DNA of 64,000 nucleotides from the IMG/VR virus record IMGVR_UViG_3300039208_000521; one strand, 5' to 3'. This stretch comes from a virus. The notes under the pieces are model-generated. The model saw only the letters and a program-made list of their open reading frames with translations, ran no database searches and was not told where the DNA came from. The position numbers and the translations under genes are program-made. The first letter of the stretch is position 1; every line of letters starts with the position of its first letter. Positions 17,613 to 25,967 of this stretch are shown here, in pieces.

Positions 17613-18565
17613 TGACCGATACTCCAACGATCACCGTTGACCTTTCGCCAGATGCCATCAAACGCCCTTTCTTTAACATCAGAAAGCGTCGCAATTCTGA
17701 ACGCAGGAGCAACAGGTTTATCCTTCACCCATGAACTCACTAATTTCATGCGATCTTCGGAACGCCTTTCATCCGCCCCATCAAGGATCACATAAAGAAG
17801 GACAGGTTTTCCCCAATTAAAACGACGGGTTTGCTGCACGAAAAGGGCGCTGTAATTGATGAACTTTTTCAGGATGATTTGCGGGGCTCTATTCGTCCTT
17901 TCCAACTCTATATAGAATGTGAAATCCAGACCCAATTTTTTCGCTCGCGTGTGTGCGATTAAATCAGCCCGTAATTCATTGTCCGTATTATAGAGTTCCG
18001 TGGTCGCGACCCGGTGCTTCCCTTCTATCTCTGTCGTAACGAAGTCGGGAACCGTGTCCAGGATCTCGTAGCTCGGTGACCGGCGCGCAGCCATCGATAA
18101 TCCGAGGATGATATCCACAATGCCGAGGTGATGGGGCATCTGAGAATGATTCAATACCTTCCCCCTCCAGCTACGGGTTAGGAGATACGTGGGGTCCACT
18201 ACAACCCTATCGAGTATACACCTCTCTGCTCCCGCTGTCGTTAGGGAATAGATCGGTTTCGATCCACCGGAGAACACGGAGTCCGGCTTAGTCTGTCTGC
18301 CGGACCATACGAACCAGGAGACCAGCCGGCGTTCCCGTAGAGCGGAGAGATAGCGCTGCACATTCCGCTCGGATTGGCTCATGTAGGTCATGAGTGTCTC
18401 GACCGAAGCAAAGCGGAGAACGGCAAGGGCCTCAAGAGTCTGCCGTAAACGTGGCGTGACCGTATCGGGCAAGCGCTCGGAAGCCGGAAGCTTGCCAAAA
18501 CGACGTCCTGATAACTGTCGGTCGAGGTGTCGATCCGCTCGACAAAATAATTCCTGAATATCCAC
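17609..18565 (-). CDS. replication-relaxation (Replic_Relax-like) protein
   Basis: N-terminal wHTH (LAVLRFASVETL...RYLSALRERRLV), YSLTTAG, HHLGIVDI, AD...FYIELERT, PVLLYV; adjacent to the VirD4-like ATPase. Confidence 0.8.
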   Translation of the reverse strand: MDIQELFCRADRHLDRQLSGRRFGKLPASERLPDTVTPRLRQTLEALAVLRFASVETLMTYMSQSERNVQRYLSALRERRLVSWFVWSGRQTKPDSVFSGGSKPIYSLTTAGAERCILDRVVVDPTYLLTRSWRGKVLNHSQMPHHLGIVDIILGLSMAARRSPSYEILDTVPDFVTTEIEGKHRVATTELYNTDNELRADLIAHTRAKKLGLDFTFYIELERTNRAPQIILKKFINYSALFVQQTRRFNWGKPVLLYVILDGADERRSEDRMKLVSSWVKDKPVAPAFRIATLSDVKERAFDGIWRKVNGDRWSIGQ

Positions 18566-18644
18566 TCATTTGTCTCCAAAAGGTTTGCCGGCTGTCCTTT
18601 TATCTTCGATACAAAGCTTTTTCCGGCTCCCAGACCCTCGGTTT

Positions 18645-18899
18645 TTACGCCGTTGAGAGCATGCTATCTCCGTCCCTTTTAAAGAGTTCCGCTGCCCTGC
18701 ACTTCGTGCATACCTCCGGGTAGGTGCCGGTAGCGAGTAGACCCTTGCGCCCGCATTGCGCACAGCTCTCGACCAAGGGTGTGTAGCTATGGTCCTCGGG
18801 CTCCGGGTACGGGAAATCCTCGGTCGGTCCCTGCACTGGTTCCGGGGGATCATTCAGCATTTCGAGGAGAGCCCACACCATCAGTTCACCCGTTCCCAT
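18645..18899 (-). CDS. small zinc-ribbon protein with SML motif
   Basis: CAQC...CTKC; ends DSMLSTA. Confidence 0.55.
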   Translation of the reverse strand: MGTGELMVWALLEMLNDPPEPVQGPTEDFPYPEPEDHSYTPLVESCAQCGRKGLLATGTYPEVCTKCRAAELFKRDGDSMLSTA

Positions 18900-19111
18900 T
18901 CATCCTGGAAACAATCGTCAGCCGGACATATATGTTTCACTTCGTTCGGTTTCGTATCGAACCCCGGCCGCTCCTCCGTTAGGTCAAGCATGTCCCGTGT
19001 CCGGCATTCGTGCCCGCATGATCTACAGCGCCAAAGGAACTTGGACCGGAAATCTTTTTCGGGGTGATCGACCAAATGATCGGGATAGGAGATCATTCCG
19101 ATGGGTTTCAA
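18881..19111 (-). CDS. small Cys-rich protein
   Basis: CRSC and CPADDC; overlaps neighbours. Confidence 0.55.
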   Translation of the reverse strand: MKPIGMISYPDHLVDHPEKDFRSKFLWRCRSCGHECRTRDMLDLTEERPGFDTKPNEVKHICPADDCFQDEWERVN

Positions 19112-19368
19112 CTCAACATGCTCCCGCTGCTTTTCTCGGTGATATGCGGCGTGATGTTATCGTTACTGACCCAGTCGGGCTTGTGTGCCATCCAGTTGTC
19201 AACGTCGTCATATTTATCCTGCAACATGCTCCTGGTTCCCGACGAAAGGTCGCTCTCACTTATTCCTTTCTCGCTTAGGATGCTATCGACCTGATCTTTA
19301 ACTTTCTTCGTTACCGGGTGCATAACGTCTCCTAATTCACGGCGTTCTTCGACTGACAATCCGAACAT
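19108..19368 (-). CDS. small acidic SML-motif protein
   Basis: RSMLQD and terminal GSMLS. Confidence 0.55.
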   Translation of the reverse strand: MFGLSVEERRELGDVMHPVTKKVKDQVDSILSEKGISESDLSSGTRSMLQDKYDDVDNWMAHKPDWVSNDNITPHITEKSSGSMLS

Positions 19369-19532
19369 TCATAACCGTCGACATGGTTGCCGGTAGCCGG
19401 GGGCTTATTCTCCCCGCACGAAGTGCAGCCGTTATCCTCGTCATCATCCAGCATGAATTCCGGGGGTATTTCATCCCGAGCCATGCGTTCCGGTTCAGCA
19501 TCACTGAATGTCCGGTCACTGAGCATACTCAT
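19332..19532 (-). CDS. small zinc-ribbon SML-motif protein
   Basis: Starts MSMLSD; CTSC...CSDC. Confidence 0.55.
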   Translation of the reverse strand: MSMLSDRTFSDAEPERMARDEIPPEFMLDDDEDNGCTSCGENKPPATGNHVDGYECSDCQSKNAVN

Positions 19533-19819
19533 TGCTCTTCACTCCCGGCTGTTGGCCATGTGCTGTAGTCCTTATCGAAGTTGATCTCCCTTGTTTCATC
19601 AGCCCAATCCTTCACGGAAGCAGCACCATCAAGCATGCTTGAACTAACAGCCGATGCCCCGCCCATGAGAGCGCCGCCGGCCAACATCGATGTACCGACC
19701 ACTGTGTTCGCTGCTTCACCTGTGTATTCAATGCCGTCTTCAATCCCACCAAAGATGTGGTTTGCTGTTCGGGTATAGGGTCCGGGTGTCTTCCGGCCCC
19801 AGAGGTGATGCTTCTTCAT
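19529..19819 (-). CDS. small SML-motif protein
   Basis: TSMLAG and SSMLDG. Confidence 0.55.
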   Translation of the reverse strand: MKKHHLWGRKTPGPYTRTANHIFGGIEDGIEYTGEAANTVVGTSMLAGGALMGGASAVSSSMLDGAASVKDWADETREINFDKDYSTWPTAGSEEQ

Positions 19820-19971
19820 TCAAATGTGCGCGCACATCGCAATCGAATGGAGAATGGTCCCTATAAGGATGACGAACTCTCCGATTGCTCGAAGCCAAGA
19901 CGGCTGCTTGTTGAGCCAACGTTTGAACCGGCCGTCTTTCTTTTGCCAATGCCGATCTGATTTCTTGAGTG

Positions 19972-20451
19972 TCATCTCAACCCCAATTTTTTCTGTCGCC
20001 AACGAAGGACCCAAACCACGGGATGCAAACCCCATTGCCGATAGGCTCGCCAGTTATGCCCCGGCTTGTCTCTTTTCTTGATGTTGCATTCAGAACAGAG
20101 GATCTGAGTGTTCCAATAGAAATATTGAAGCCACCGATAATGCTTCCGAGGGTAAACATGATCGGTATGACGGTGCTTTCCCTCGCAGATATCTCCGCAC
20201 CGTTCGCACCGGCATTGACCCTTAGGAAGTCCATAGCGTTTTCGGTTCTCTTCCCGTCGAAACTCTCGGATCTTTTCCCAGCGCTTGTTCCCCCAATACC
20301 AACTCGGCTTGGCTTTCTTTTTCCTCTTGAACGAAAACCAAGATGATTTACGCCGACGACCCCTTTTCTTTTTCGGCCTGCGCAACTGAATGACGATGTG
20401 AACCGCCAGCGCAGCGAAGATAATGAGTAAGAGGCCATCAGCGTTCATCAA
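19972..20451 (-). CDS. HNH endonuclease with N-terminal hydrophobic anchor
   Basis: CERCG...HTDHVYP...NTQILCSECNIKK. Confidence 0.8.
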   Translation of the reverse strand: MMNADGLLLIIFAALAVHIVIQLRRPKKKRGRRRKSSWFSFKRKKKAKPSWYWGNKRWEKIREFRREENRKRYGLPKGQCRCERCGDICEGKHRHTDHVYPRKHYRWLQYFYWNTQILCSECNIKKRDKPGHNWRAYRQWGLHPVVWVLRWRQKKLGLR

Positions 20452-20688
20452 TCATTGTGGATCGGCGTCGGGGCTGTCCTTGAGCCAACCCTTATCCGTC
20501 AATGTCTGCTCGACATATTCCGCCGTCTTGACGCTGGTATCGAAGATATCTTTCAAGTGGGTGAATGTCGGGCTGGAACCCTTCTCCTTGTTAATGAGTT
20601 CCTTGAAGATGTGCGTCGCCAGATGTGCGGACGGTGTCGTGGTGCGTTTGCATTTCGGGCAATTCAGATCTTTTTGTGTGGTGCTCAT
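20452..20688 (-). CDS. LexA-like winged-helix DNA-binding protein
   Basis: SSPTFTHLKDIFDTSVKTAEYVEQTLTDKGWL resembles the LexA DNA-binding domain; N-terminal CPKC. Confidence 0.55.
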   Translation of the reverse strand: MSTTQKDLNCPKCKRTTTPSAHLATHIFKELINKEKGSSPTFTHLKDIFDTSVKTAEYVEQTLTDKGWLKDSPDADPQ

Positions 20689-21053
20689 ACCCGAACTCCC
20701 GCCGTCAGGCTTTCATAGAGTTCCGGCGTAATGTGCTGTTCCCGGCCGGCCTTCTGGCAAGTGATCGAGACAATGTTGCCGTCACCATCGTAGCTATAGG
20801 ATTTGGGGACGTAGCCGGCCTGCTCCAGCCGGAGCCCCATTTCGCCCGCGCGCTTGATGGTTTGGATGGATACCGTGTTAACTTTATCTTTCGCTGGCGT
20901 TCTCGCCATTGCATATACCTCTTTGTTGAAGGGTACGGTGTACCGAGTCGGCTCATCAGTTAAAGCCGGAACATCCGTGAGCGAAATCAGACCTTGAAAT
21001 TCACCAAGAGATTTAAGGCTTCGAATGAACCCCAAAAATTTCCATTCGCGCAC
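20685..21053 (-). CDS. hypothetical protein
   Basis: GTG start with ACGGTAGACAGAC leader downstream of a promoter. Confidence 0.6.
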   Translation of the reverse strand: MREWKFLGFIRSLKSLGEFQGLISLTDVPALTDEPTRYTVPFNKEVYAMARTPAKDKVNTVSIQTIKRAGEMGLRLEQAGYVPKSYSYDGDGNIVSITCQKAGREQHITPELYESLTAGVRV

Positions 21054-21111
21054 GTCTGTCTACCGTCTTTTATAGTTGCACCAAAACAGGGTTTACCGTT
21101 TGTCGTATTTG

Positions 21112-21200
21112 ATCCTATTAAATCCTATGTTTTTCGTCAAGGATAAACTTCAAGTTATGCAGGCAAAAAGAATCCCCGGAATCCGAGGACACCGGGGACA
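21112..21200 (-). promoter_or_regulatory. intrinsic terminator followed by phage promoter
   Basis: CCCCGG...CCGGGG hairpin plus T-run, then TTGAAGTTTATCC-TTGACG-N17-TAGGAT. Confidence 0.7.
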
Positions 21201-21354
21201 GTCTAAGCGGAGACAACGGGAAACTGATTAACGGCTTTGCATTTTCATCATGAATTGCGCGTTGATGCTGCGCTGCCGGTTTCGGATATTGATGACACTT
21301 CGCATCGTTCGAAGTTGAGTATCGGCCGCTTTGATGATCAAGGTGTTCAACTTA

Positions 21355-21747
21355 TCAGCTGTCACCGAGGCCGGGGCAGCCATCGCCGCGCTGCCAAAGA
21401 GGAACAGAAGCAGGCCAACAATCAACGCCGTTTGGCATGTTCGGCTGTTCAACGCCCGAAGCACCAAAAGCTCTTTTGACCGCTCCGAACGACTCGACTT
21501 GCCGGTCGATATACCCATTGATCACGCCCTCTGGATGTGTCCAGCGATCGGCTTCAAACCAATCAAAACGCTTCGAGACTTCAGCCGTTCGCTTGTTGCT
21601 GTCGGTATGGCGAGCCTCGATGAGGAAACCGGTCGCCGTGAACTTGATCTCAACAATAACGCCGTGATTTTCGTGAATAGCCCGTTGGCGAGACGCGGCA
21701 AACCTCAAGGCCTGGAACAAATCATTCGTTACGATCTTATTTGTCAT
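21355..21747 (-). CDS. hypothetical protein
   Basis: Start MTNKIV overlaps the upstream stop (ATGA). Confidence 0.45.
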   Translation of the reverse strand: MTNKIVTNDLFQALRFAASRQRAIHENHGVIVEIKFTATGFLIEARHTDSNKRTAEVSKRFDWFEADRWTHPEGVINGYIDRQVESFGAVKRAFGASGVEQPNMPNGVDCWPASVPLWQRGDGCPGLGDS

Positions 21748-22055
21748 TTCTCCTCCTTCGGCCGCAAACGCACGAATGCAAAGCCGTCTATGAAGATCCC
21801 TACGACGATACAATCAATATTTTCCGACAAACCATCTCCCGGATTATCGGTGAACGACATCCGAGCTCCGAGCCTCATTCCCCCCGCTGCCAATTGATGC
21901 ATGATCAGCGTGGGTATTCCCCGACGTTGCTCCTCATCTCCATAAGTTTCAAGCTGTTGTGGGTATTGAGCAGTCTTTAGGCCCATATCGTCCAGCATAT
22001 CTTTCAATGCTGCGCCGGCTTTCTGCCAGTTAGGGTCGTGGTCTTCGTTAGCCAT
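21744..22055 (-). CDS. hypothetical protein
   Basis: Start MANEDHD; coupled to neighbours. Confidence 0.55.
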   Translation of the reverse strand: MANEDHDPNWQKAGAALKDMLDDMGLKTAQYPQQLETYGDEEQRRGIPTLIMHQLAAGGMRLGARMSFTDNPGDGLSENIDCIVVGIFIDGFAFVRLRPKEEK

Positions 22056-22257
22056 TTTTGCCGCCGTTGATAGCTCCCCGAATACCGGGGGTCTTTTTAA
22101 TGACATGATTAAGTCCGGCTTGAGCACTGGCTGAGCCTACTACCATCATCAACACAAAGTCGCCAAGTATGGCGAGAAAAGCGATCAGGTACCAGGCGCC
22201 GCCCCATTCATATTGGTTGATCAGAATGCAGGCGATCATGAAACCGATGATATGCAT
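22048..22257 (-). CDS. small membrane protein
   Basis: Two hydrophobic segments. Confidence 0.55.
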   Translation of the reverse strand: MHIIGFMIACILINQYEWGGAWYLIAFLAILGDFVLMMVVGSASAQAGLNHVIKKTPGIRGAINGGKNG

Positions 22258-22464
22258 TCAACGAACCCCTAAGATACGAAGGATTGGGTGCTTGTACTTT
22301 TTGAGGCAAACGCCCGTCAAGAACGAGGCGATGGCAATCACGATGATGTCGAGGAAAGGATGCTGAATGTAAGAGAGCGCCGATGCTTTTGACATATCCA
22401 TAACGGATAAGATCGCCAGAAGAATAACGATGATCCACGCACGCTGTAACGTTGGTCCTGTCAT
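22258..22464 (-). CDS. small membrane protein
   Basis: Two hydrophobic segments; CACGGAGACAGACA-ATG leader. Confidence 0.6.
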   Translation of the reverse strand: MTGPTLQRAWIIVILLAILSVMDMSKASALSYIQHPFLDIIVIAIASFLTGVCLKKYKHPILRILGVR

Positions 22465-22559
22465 TGTCTGTCTCCGTGGTGAATGTCGGCTTTGCCGATC
22501 TGTTTGGAGGAGAGGCTAGGGCGCTCTATGACAACCCTTGCCTCTCACTCACAATAAGA

Positions 22560-22650
22560 ACCCTATTAAATCCTATTTTATTCGTCAAGGAGAAATTTCG
22601 TTTTTTAGGGCAAAAAGAAAACCCGGCGCAATCGCCACCGGGCTCTCTGC
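22560..22650 (-). promoter_or_regulatory. terminator plus phage promoter
   Basis: CCCGGTGGCGATTGCGCCGGG hairpin plus T-run, then GAAATTTCTCC-TTGACG-N17-TAGGGT. Confidence 0.7.
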
Positions 22651-22763
22651 ATTGCTCCCTCGGTTTCCCGAGTCATCCGGCATTGCCGGGATAGTGATAC
22701 AAGTACCTTGCTGTTAATAAGCACCAATGGCACCGAAACAACCCTATCACATCGATTAGGAAT

Positions 22764-22880
22764 AAAAAAGAGCCGGGGAACGGATCCCCGGCCTTGAAGT
22801 CGATGCCTCTTAGGCATTTCACGGATAACAGACAGACGACAATGCTCCTCCGAACCTTGCCACCCGCAAGTAACGCCTAA
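22764..22880 (-). ncRNA. candidate trans-acting antisense sRNA
   Basis: TTGACA at 22909-22904 upstream; 8-bp terminator hairpin (22772-22792) with T-run downstream; no sense ORF; complementary to 14015-14049 and to early-gene leaders. Confidence 0.55.
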
Positions 22881-22928
22881 GAAATATAGGGGATCATAGG
22901 ATTTGTCAAGTTCGTCAATCCCTTGTGT

Positions 22929-23193
22929 CTATTCCGGCGCTGAGTCCACGATATATAGTTTAGGGCAAAGACTTTCCCTAATATCTTCAAGAAGTTCTCG
23001 ATAGCCGGTAGCCGATGTGAATTCCGGTGACCGACCCACAATCATACAATAAGCCTCGCAAAAAGCATCTTCGGCCGCGTCCCGTTCGTTGATCAGTTGG
23101 AGTTCGGCGCGTTCATGTTCATTTCTCTCTCTTATACGTTCATTTGATATGCGTCTCACGGGATCTGATATAAGCAGATTCTCAAGGTCATTC
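22929..23193 (-). CDS. hypothetical coiled-coil protein
   Basis: Likely start MNDLENL within the track ORF 22929-23270. Confidence 0.5.
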
Positions 23194-23377
23194 ATCCGAA
23201 CGCTCCCGAAATAAGACCAAGCCCCCCAAAAACCAGGAAACACAAGACCATGCCGAGCACGACGAGCCACAACAAGTCCGACCGTTTACCCATTGAACGC
23301 CGCTCCGAATTGAGAAGCCATGAAAATGCCAACACCAACCGCCATGCAACCGGCGACAAAGATAAAACCGGCGGCGA

Positions 23378-23620
23378 TCAGAATATGCTTCCCTGCGGTT
23401 GGGTCGGGATGGGGCCGGCTGAGAGGAGATAGCAGTTATTTGGTCCATCTGACTGACCTTCGATTGTGATGCTGGAGATCTCTTCCGACAAATGCTCTAG
23501 CATGATTTCACAGCGTCGAATAAGGTTCCAATTATCGATACGAATGATCGCCCGATGCGGGTTTTCGTCGTCCCTTGGAATTCCTTTGGGTACATATTCA
23601 ACCCGAACAATGTACATCAT
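23378..23620 (-). CDS. hypothetical protein
   Basis: 80-aa ORF coupled to its neighbour. Confidence 0.5.
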   Translation of the reverse strand: MMYIVRVEYVPKGIPRDDENPHRAIIRIDNWNLIRRCEIMLEHLSEEISSITIEGQSDGPNNCYLLSAGPIPTQPQGSIF

Positions 23621-23928
23621 GCCACGTTATCCTCGGCAATTTCGCGAGCAAGATGAATGATAATTTGATCTTGATCTGACTCAGCATATTCAATATTGCC
23701 GACCTTTTGATATTTGAGACGAGCAAAGGCATGCTCTGACTGAATGTGCCAACCGTCATTGACCATATCTTGAAGAACCTGGGTAAATTGAGCCATGTCA
23801 GCACATTCTGAAAGTCTCAGGTAGCAATGCTCAATTCTAGGGTAGGGGTTACCAAACTGATCCTTATGCATTTTCAATCCTCTTGGTTGCGAAAGCTCGG
23901 CCCTCTTTGATTTCATGGGGTCCGGCAT
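23617..23928 (-). CDS. hypothetical protein
   Basis: 103-aa ORF. Confidence 0.45.
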   Translation of the reverse strand: MPDPMKSKRAELSQPRGLKMHKDQFGNPYPRIEHCYLRLSECADMAQFTQVLQDMVNDGWHIQSEHAFARLKYQKVGNIEYAESDQDQIIIHLAREIAEDNVA

Positions 23929-24433
23929 TCATTCGAAAATGGTCATCTATCTCACAGGTGTCCGTGTCGCCGTGGCACCGAACCTTGTAGACATCACAAC
24001 ATTTCATCTCATCCCGGAACAACTCGACACTGTCGACCCGTTTGTTGCAGATAGCGCAAATGATCACCGGACACCGGGGATCGTCATTACGGACATGGGC
24101 GAAAGGGTTCACGTTATTCATATAGGGGTCCACGGGGATATCATCTTGAATAACCATATCAGCGCCAATTCCACAAAGCTCTTCAGCCCTAAGTGGTTCG
24201 GCTTTCCGCAACTGTTCCAAAGATCTCCAAGCATCTTTGAATGATCGATAGTGCCCGGTAGCCAGAAGCCTGCGGGCAACATTGGCGCGTTTCTTGTCGA
24301 TCACTTTGTATCGATTGTAGTCCTCCAAATCTTGAATGAGTTTCTTTTGCCAAGGCTGCAAGGCGAATGAGGCTCCTAGGGATGAGACGAACTCGCCTAG
24401 GCCCCATTTCTCAATAACCTTCGGTCTATCCAT
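23864..24433 (-). CDS. hypothetical protein with terminase-like short motifs and Cys-rich C-terminus
   Basis: Start MDRPKV overlaps the helicase stop; FALQPWQ and GADMVIQDD motifs. Confidence 0.5.
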   Translation of the reverse strand: MDRPKVIEKWGLGEFVSSLGASFALQPWQKKLIQDLEDYNRYKVIDKKRANVARRLLATGHYRSFKDAWRSLEQLRKAEPLRAEELCGIGADMVIQDDIPVDPYMNNVNPFAHVRNDDPRCPVIICAICNKRVDSVELFRDEMKCCDVYKVRCHGDTDTCEIDDHFRMNAGPHEIKEGRAFATKRIENA

Positions 24434-25967
24434 GCGGACATCCGATGATTGAGGTGAAGAGCTGGATATCTTCTTTTCCTCGGGTTGCTGCCGTGTAGTT
24501 CCATCGTTTGACTTCGTCGATGAGCTCATGATTGCCTCTGTCTTGCTTGTAGATTTGCCGGACCTGGACAGCCACTTTCGGCCATTCAGAGCCTTGCGAT
24601 TTATGGGCCGTGATTGCGTAGGCAAAATCCAGTGTCATACTGGAGCCGACTTTTCTAAATGCTCTTTTTCGGCCTTGATTCATTTCCCAGAATGGCAGGG
24701 TGCGAACCATCCACACTCTTTGGTTCGGATCTCCGTCGACGATTACAGGCATGAGGTAGGCGTCGCTATCGTCAAGCTTAACCGGGGAACCATGCGTTTC
24801 GAGGATCATATTTTTCTGAATGGTCCGGTACATGGTGACCAATTCCAGGCGACCTTTCGGGCCATTTAACCTTCCACGTCGCCCTGTATAAACTGCGCCC
24901 GATCGTCCTTGGCTTGCCTCATATTGACCGGTTAGTCGCGCCTCGTTCTTTATAAAATAGTCTCGGTTCCTGTCGTCAATGTTGACGGTCCTTTCGGCCC
25001 TCGTTTGCGTGACCGTGATCAAGGGCTCTTTCTCTTGAGGCTCCATGCCGTGCAAGCCAAGGGTCCGACGACATTCTTCATTCATCCAGGCTACCCCGTT
25101 GTTGGTGTAGGTGATGAATTGATATCCTTCGACACAGAATGCCCGGAACTCAGCAACATCTATCGGTTTATTGAACCGATCCGGGATCTTGCCGGCATCC
25201 AGCTCATAAATGATATCCAGGAGGTAACTGTTGCCACTGACCCGGTGAATGGTGCTCAAGGTCACCTCATCGTCGCAGCCGAGATATTTGCAAGTATCGA
25301 CAGAATTAACCGGCGGCAATTGTCCTGGGTCTCCAACATAGATCACGGAGTCGAACATGCCATGCAGCTCGTCAGCCGAATCCAAAGGACACATCGAGAG
25401 TTCATCCACGACAATCACCGTCTTACGGTCAATGCCTTCCTTTTTCAGTTCCTCCTCGGTCTTGAGCACGGTACCCGATACCCGGTCGCCGCGGCCCTTT
25501 TTGATCATATCAATGATAAAATATCTTCGTGAATTGGTTCGTTTGCGCCGATCTTCCGGGTCATGAGAATCGTCAAACACACCCACATCATCCAATATCT
25601 TGGATATTTTATTCGGATCGTCTGTCCTCAAAATCTTATCTGCCTGGTCCGTTGAAAACGTGAAATCACCCACACGAATCACAATGCCGGTCTTATAGAG
25701 CAACCGGTTGATCGTCCGGCAATGCTGTTTGGGGTAACCGACCTCGCCCATCCGGTTCACGGCTTTATTGGTATAAGCGCAACAGATCACCTTGTAGCCG
25801 GCATCCAGTAGCCTATGGACCAGCGCCAAGCCCGTCGTGGTTTTGCCGGTTCCGGCTTTACCGAGCAGCTTAAAGGCGCCACCGCCGTTGCGCACCATAT
25901 GAAGGGCGCGGTCGACGGCTTCTTCCTGGACCGGATCAAGGATTAATGTGTTCAGGAGGTCAGACAT
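24426..25967 (-). CDS. SF1B helicase (RecD/Dda-like)
   Basis: GKAGTGKT, VVDELSM, YVGDPGQLPPV, AYAITAHKSQGSEW. Confidence 0.9.
   Translation of the reverse strand: MSDLLNTLILDPVQEEAVDRALHMVRNGGGAFKLLGKAGTGKTTTGLALVHRLLDAGYKVICCAYTNKAVNRMGEVGYPKQHCRTINRLLYKTGIVIRVGDFTFSTDQADKILRTDDPNKISKILDDVGVFDDSHDPEDRRKRTNSRRYFIIDMIKKGRGDRVSGTVLKTEEELKKEGIDRKTVIVVDELSMCPLDSADELHGMFDSVIYVGDPGQLPPVNSVDTCKYLGCDDEVTLSTIHRVSGNSYLLDIIYELDAGKIPDRFNKPIDVAEFRAFCVEGYQFITYTNNGVAWMNEECRRTLGLHGMEPQEKEPLITVTQTRAERTVNIDDRNRDYFIKNEARLTGQYEASQGRSGAVYTGRRGRLNGPKGRLELVTMYRTIQKNMILETHGSPVKLDDSDAYLMPVIVDGDPNQRVWMVRTLPFWEMNQGRKRAFRKVGSSMTLDFAYAITAHKSQGSEWPKVAVQVRQIYKQDRGNHELIDEVKRWNYTAATRGKEDIQLFTSIIGCPHG

Noticed and set aside
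22650-22690. Hammerhead ribozyme
   Set aside because: CGGAUGA-stem-GGAG deviates from the required CUGAUGA...GAAA core.
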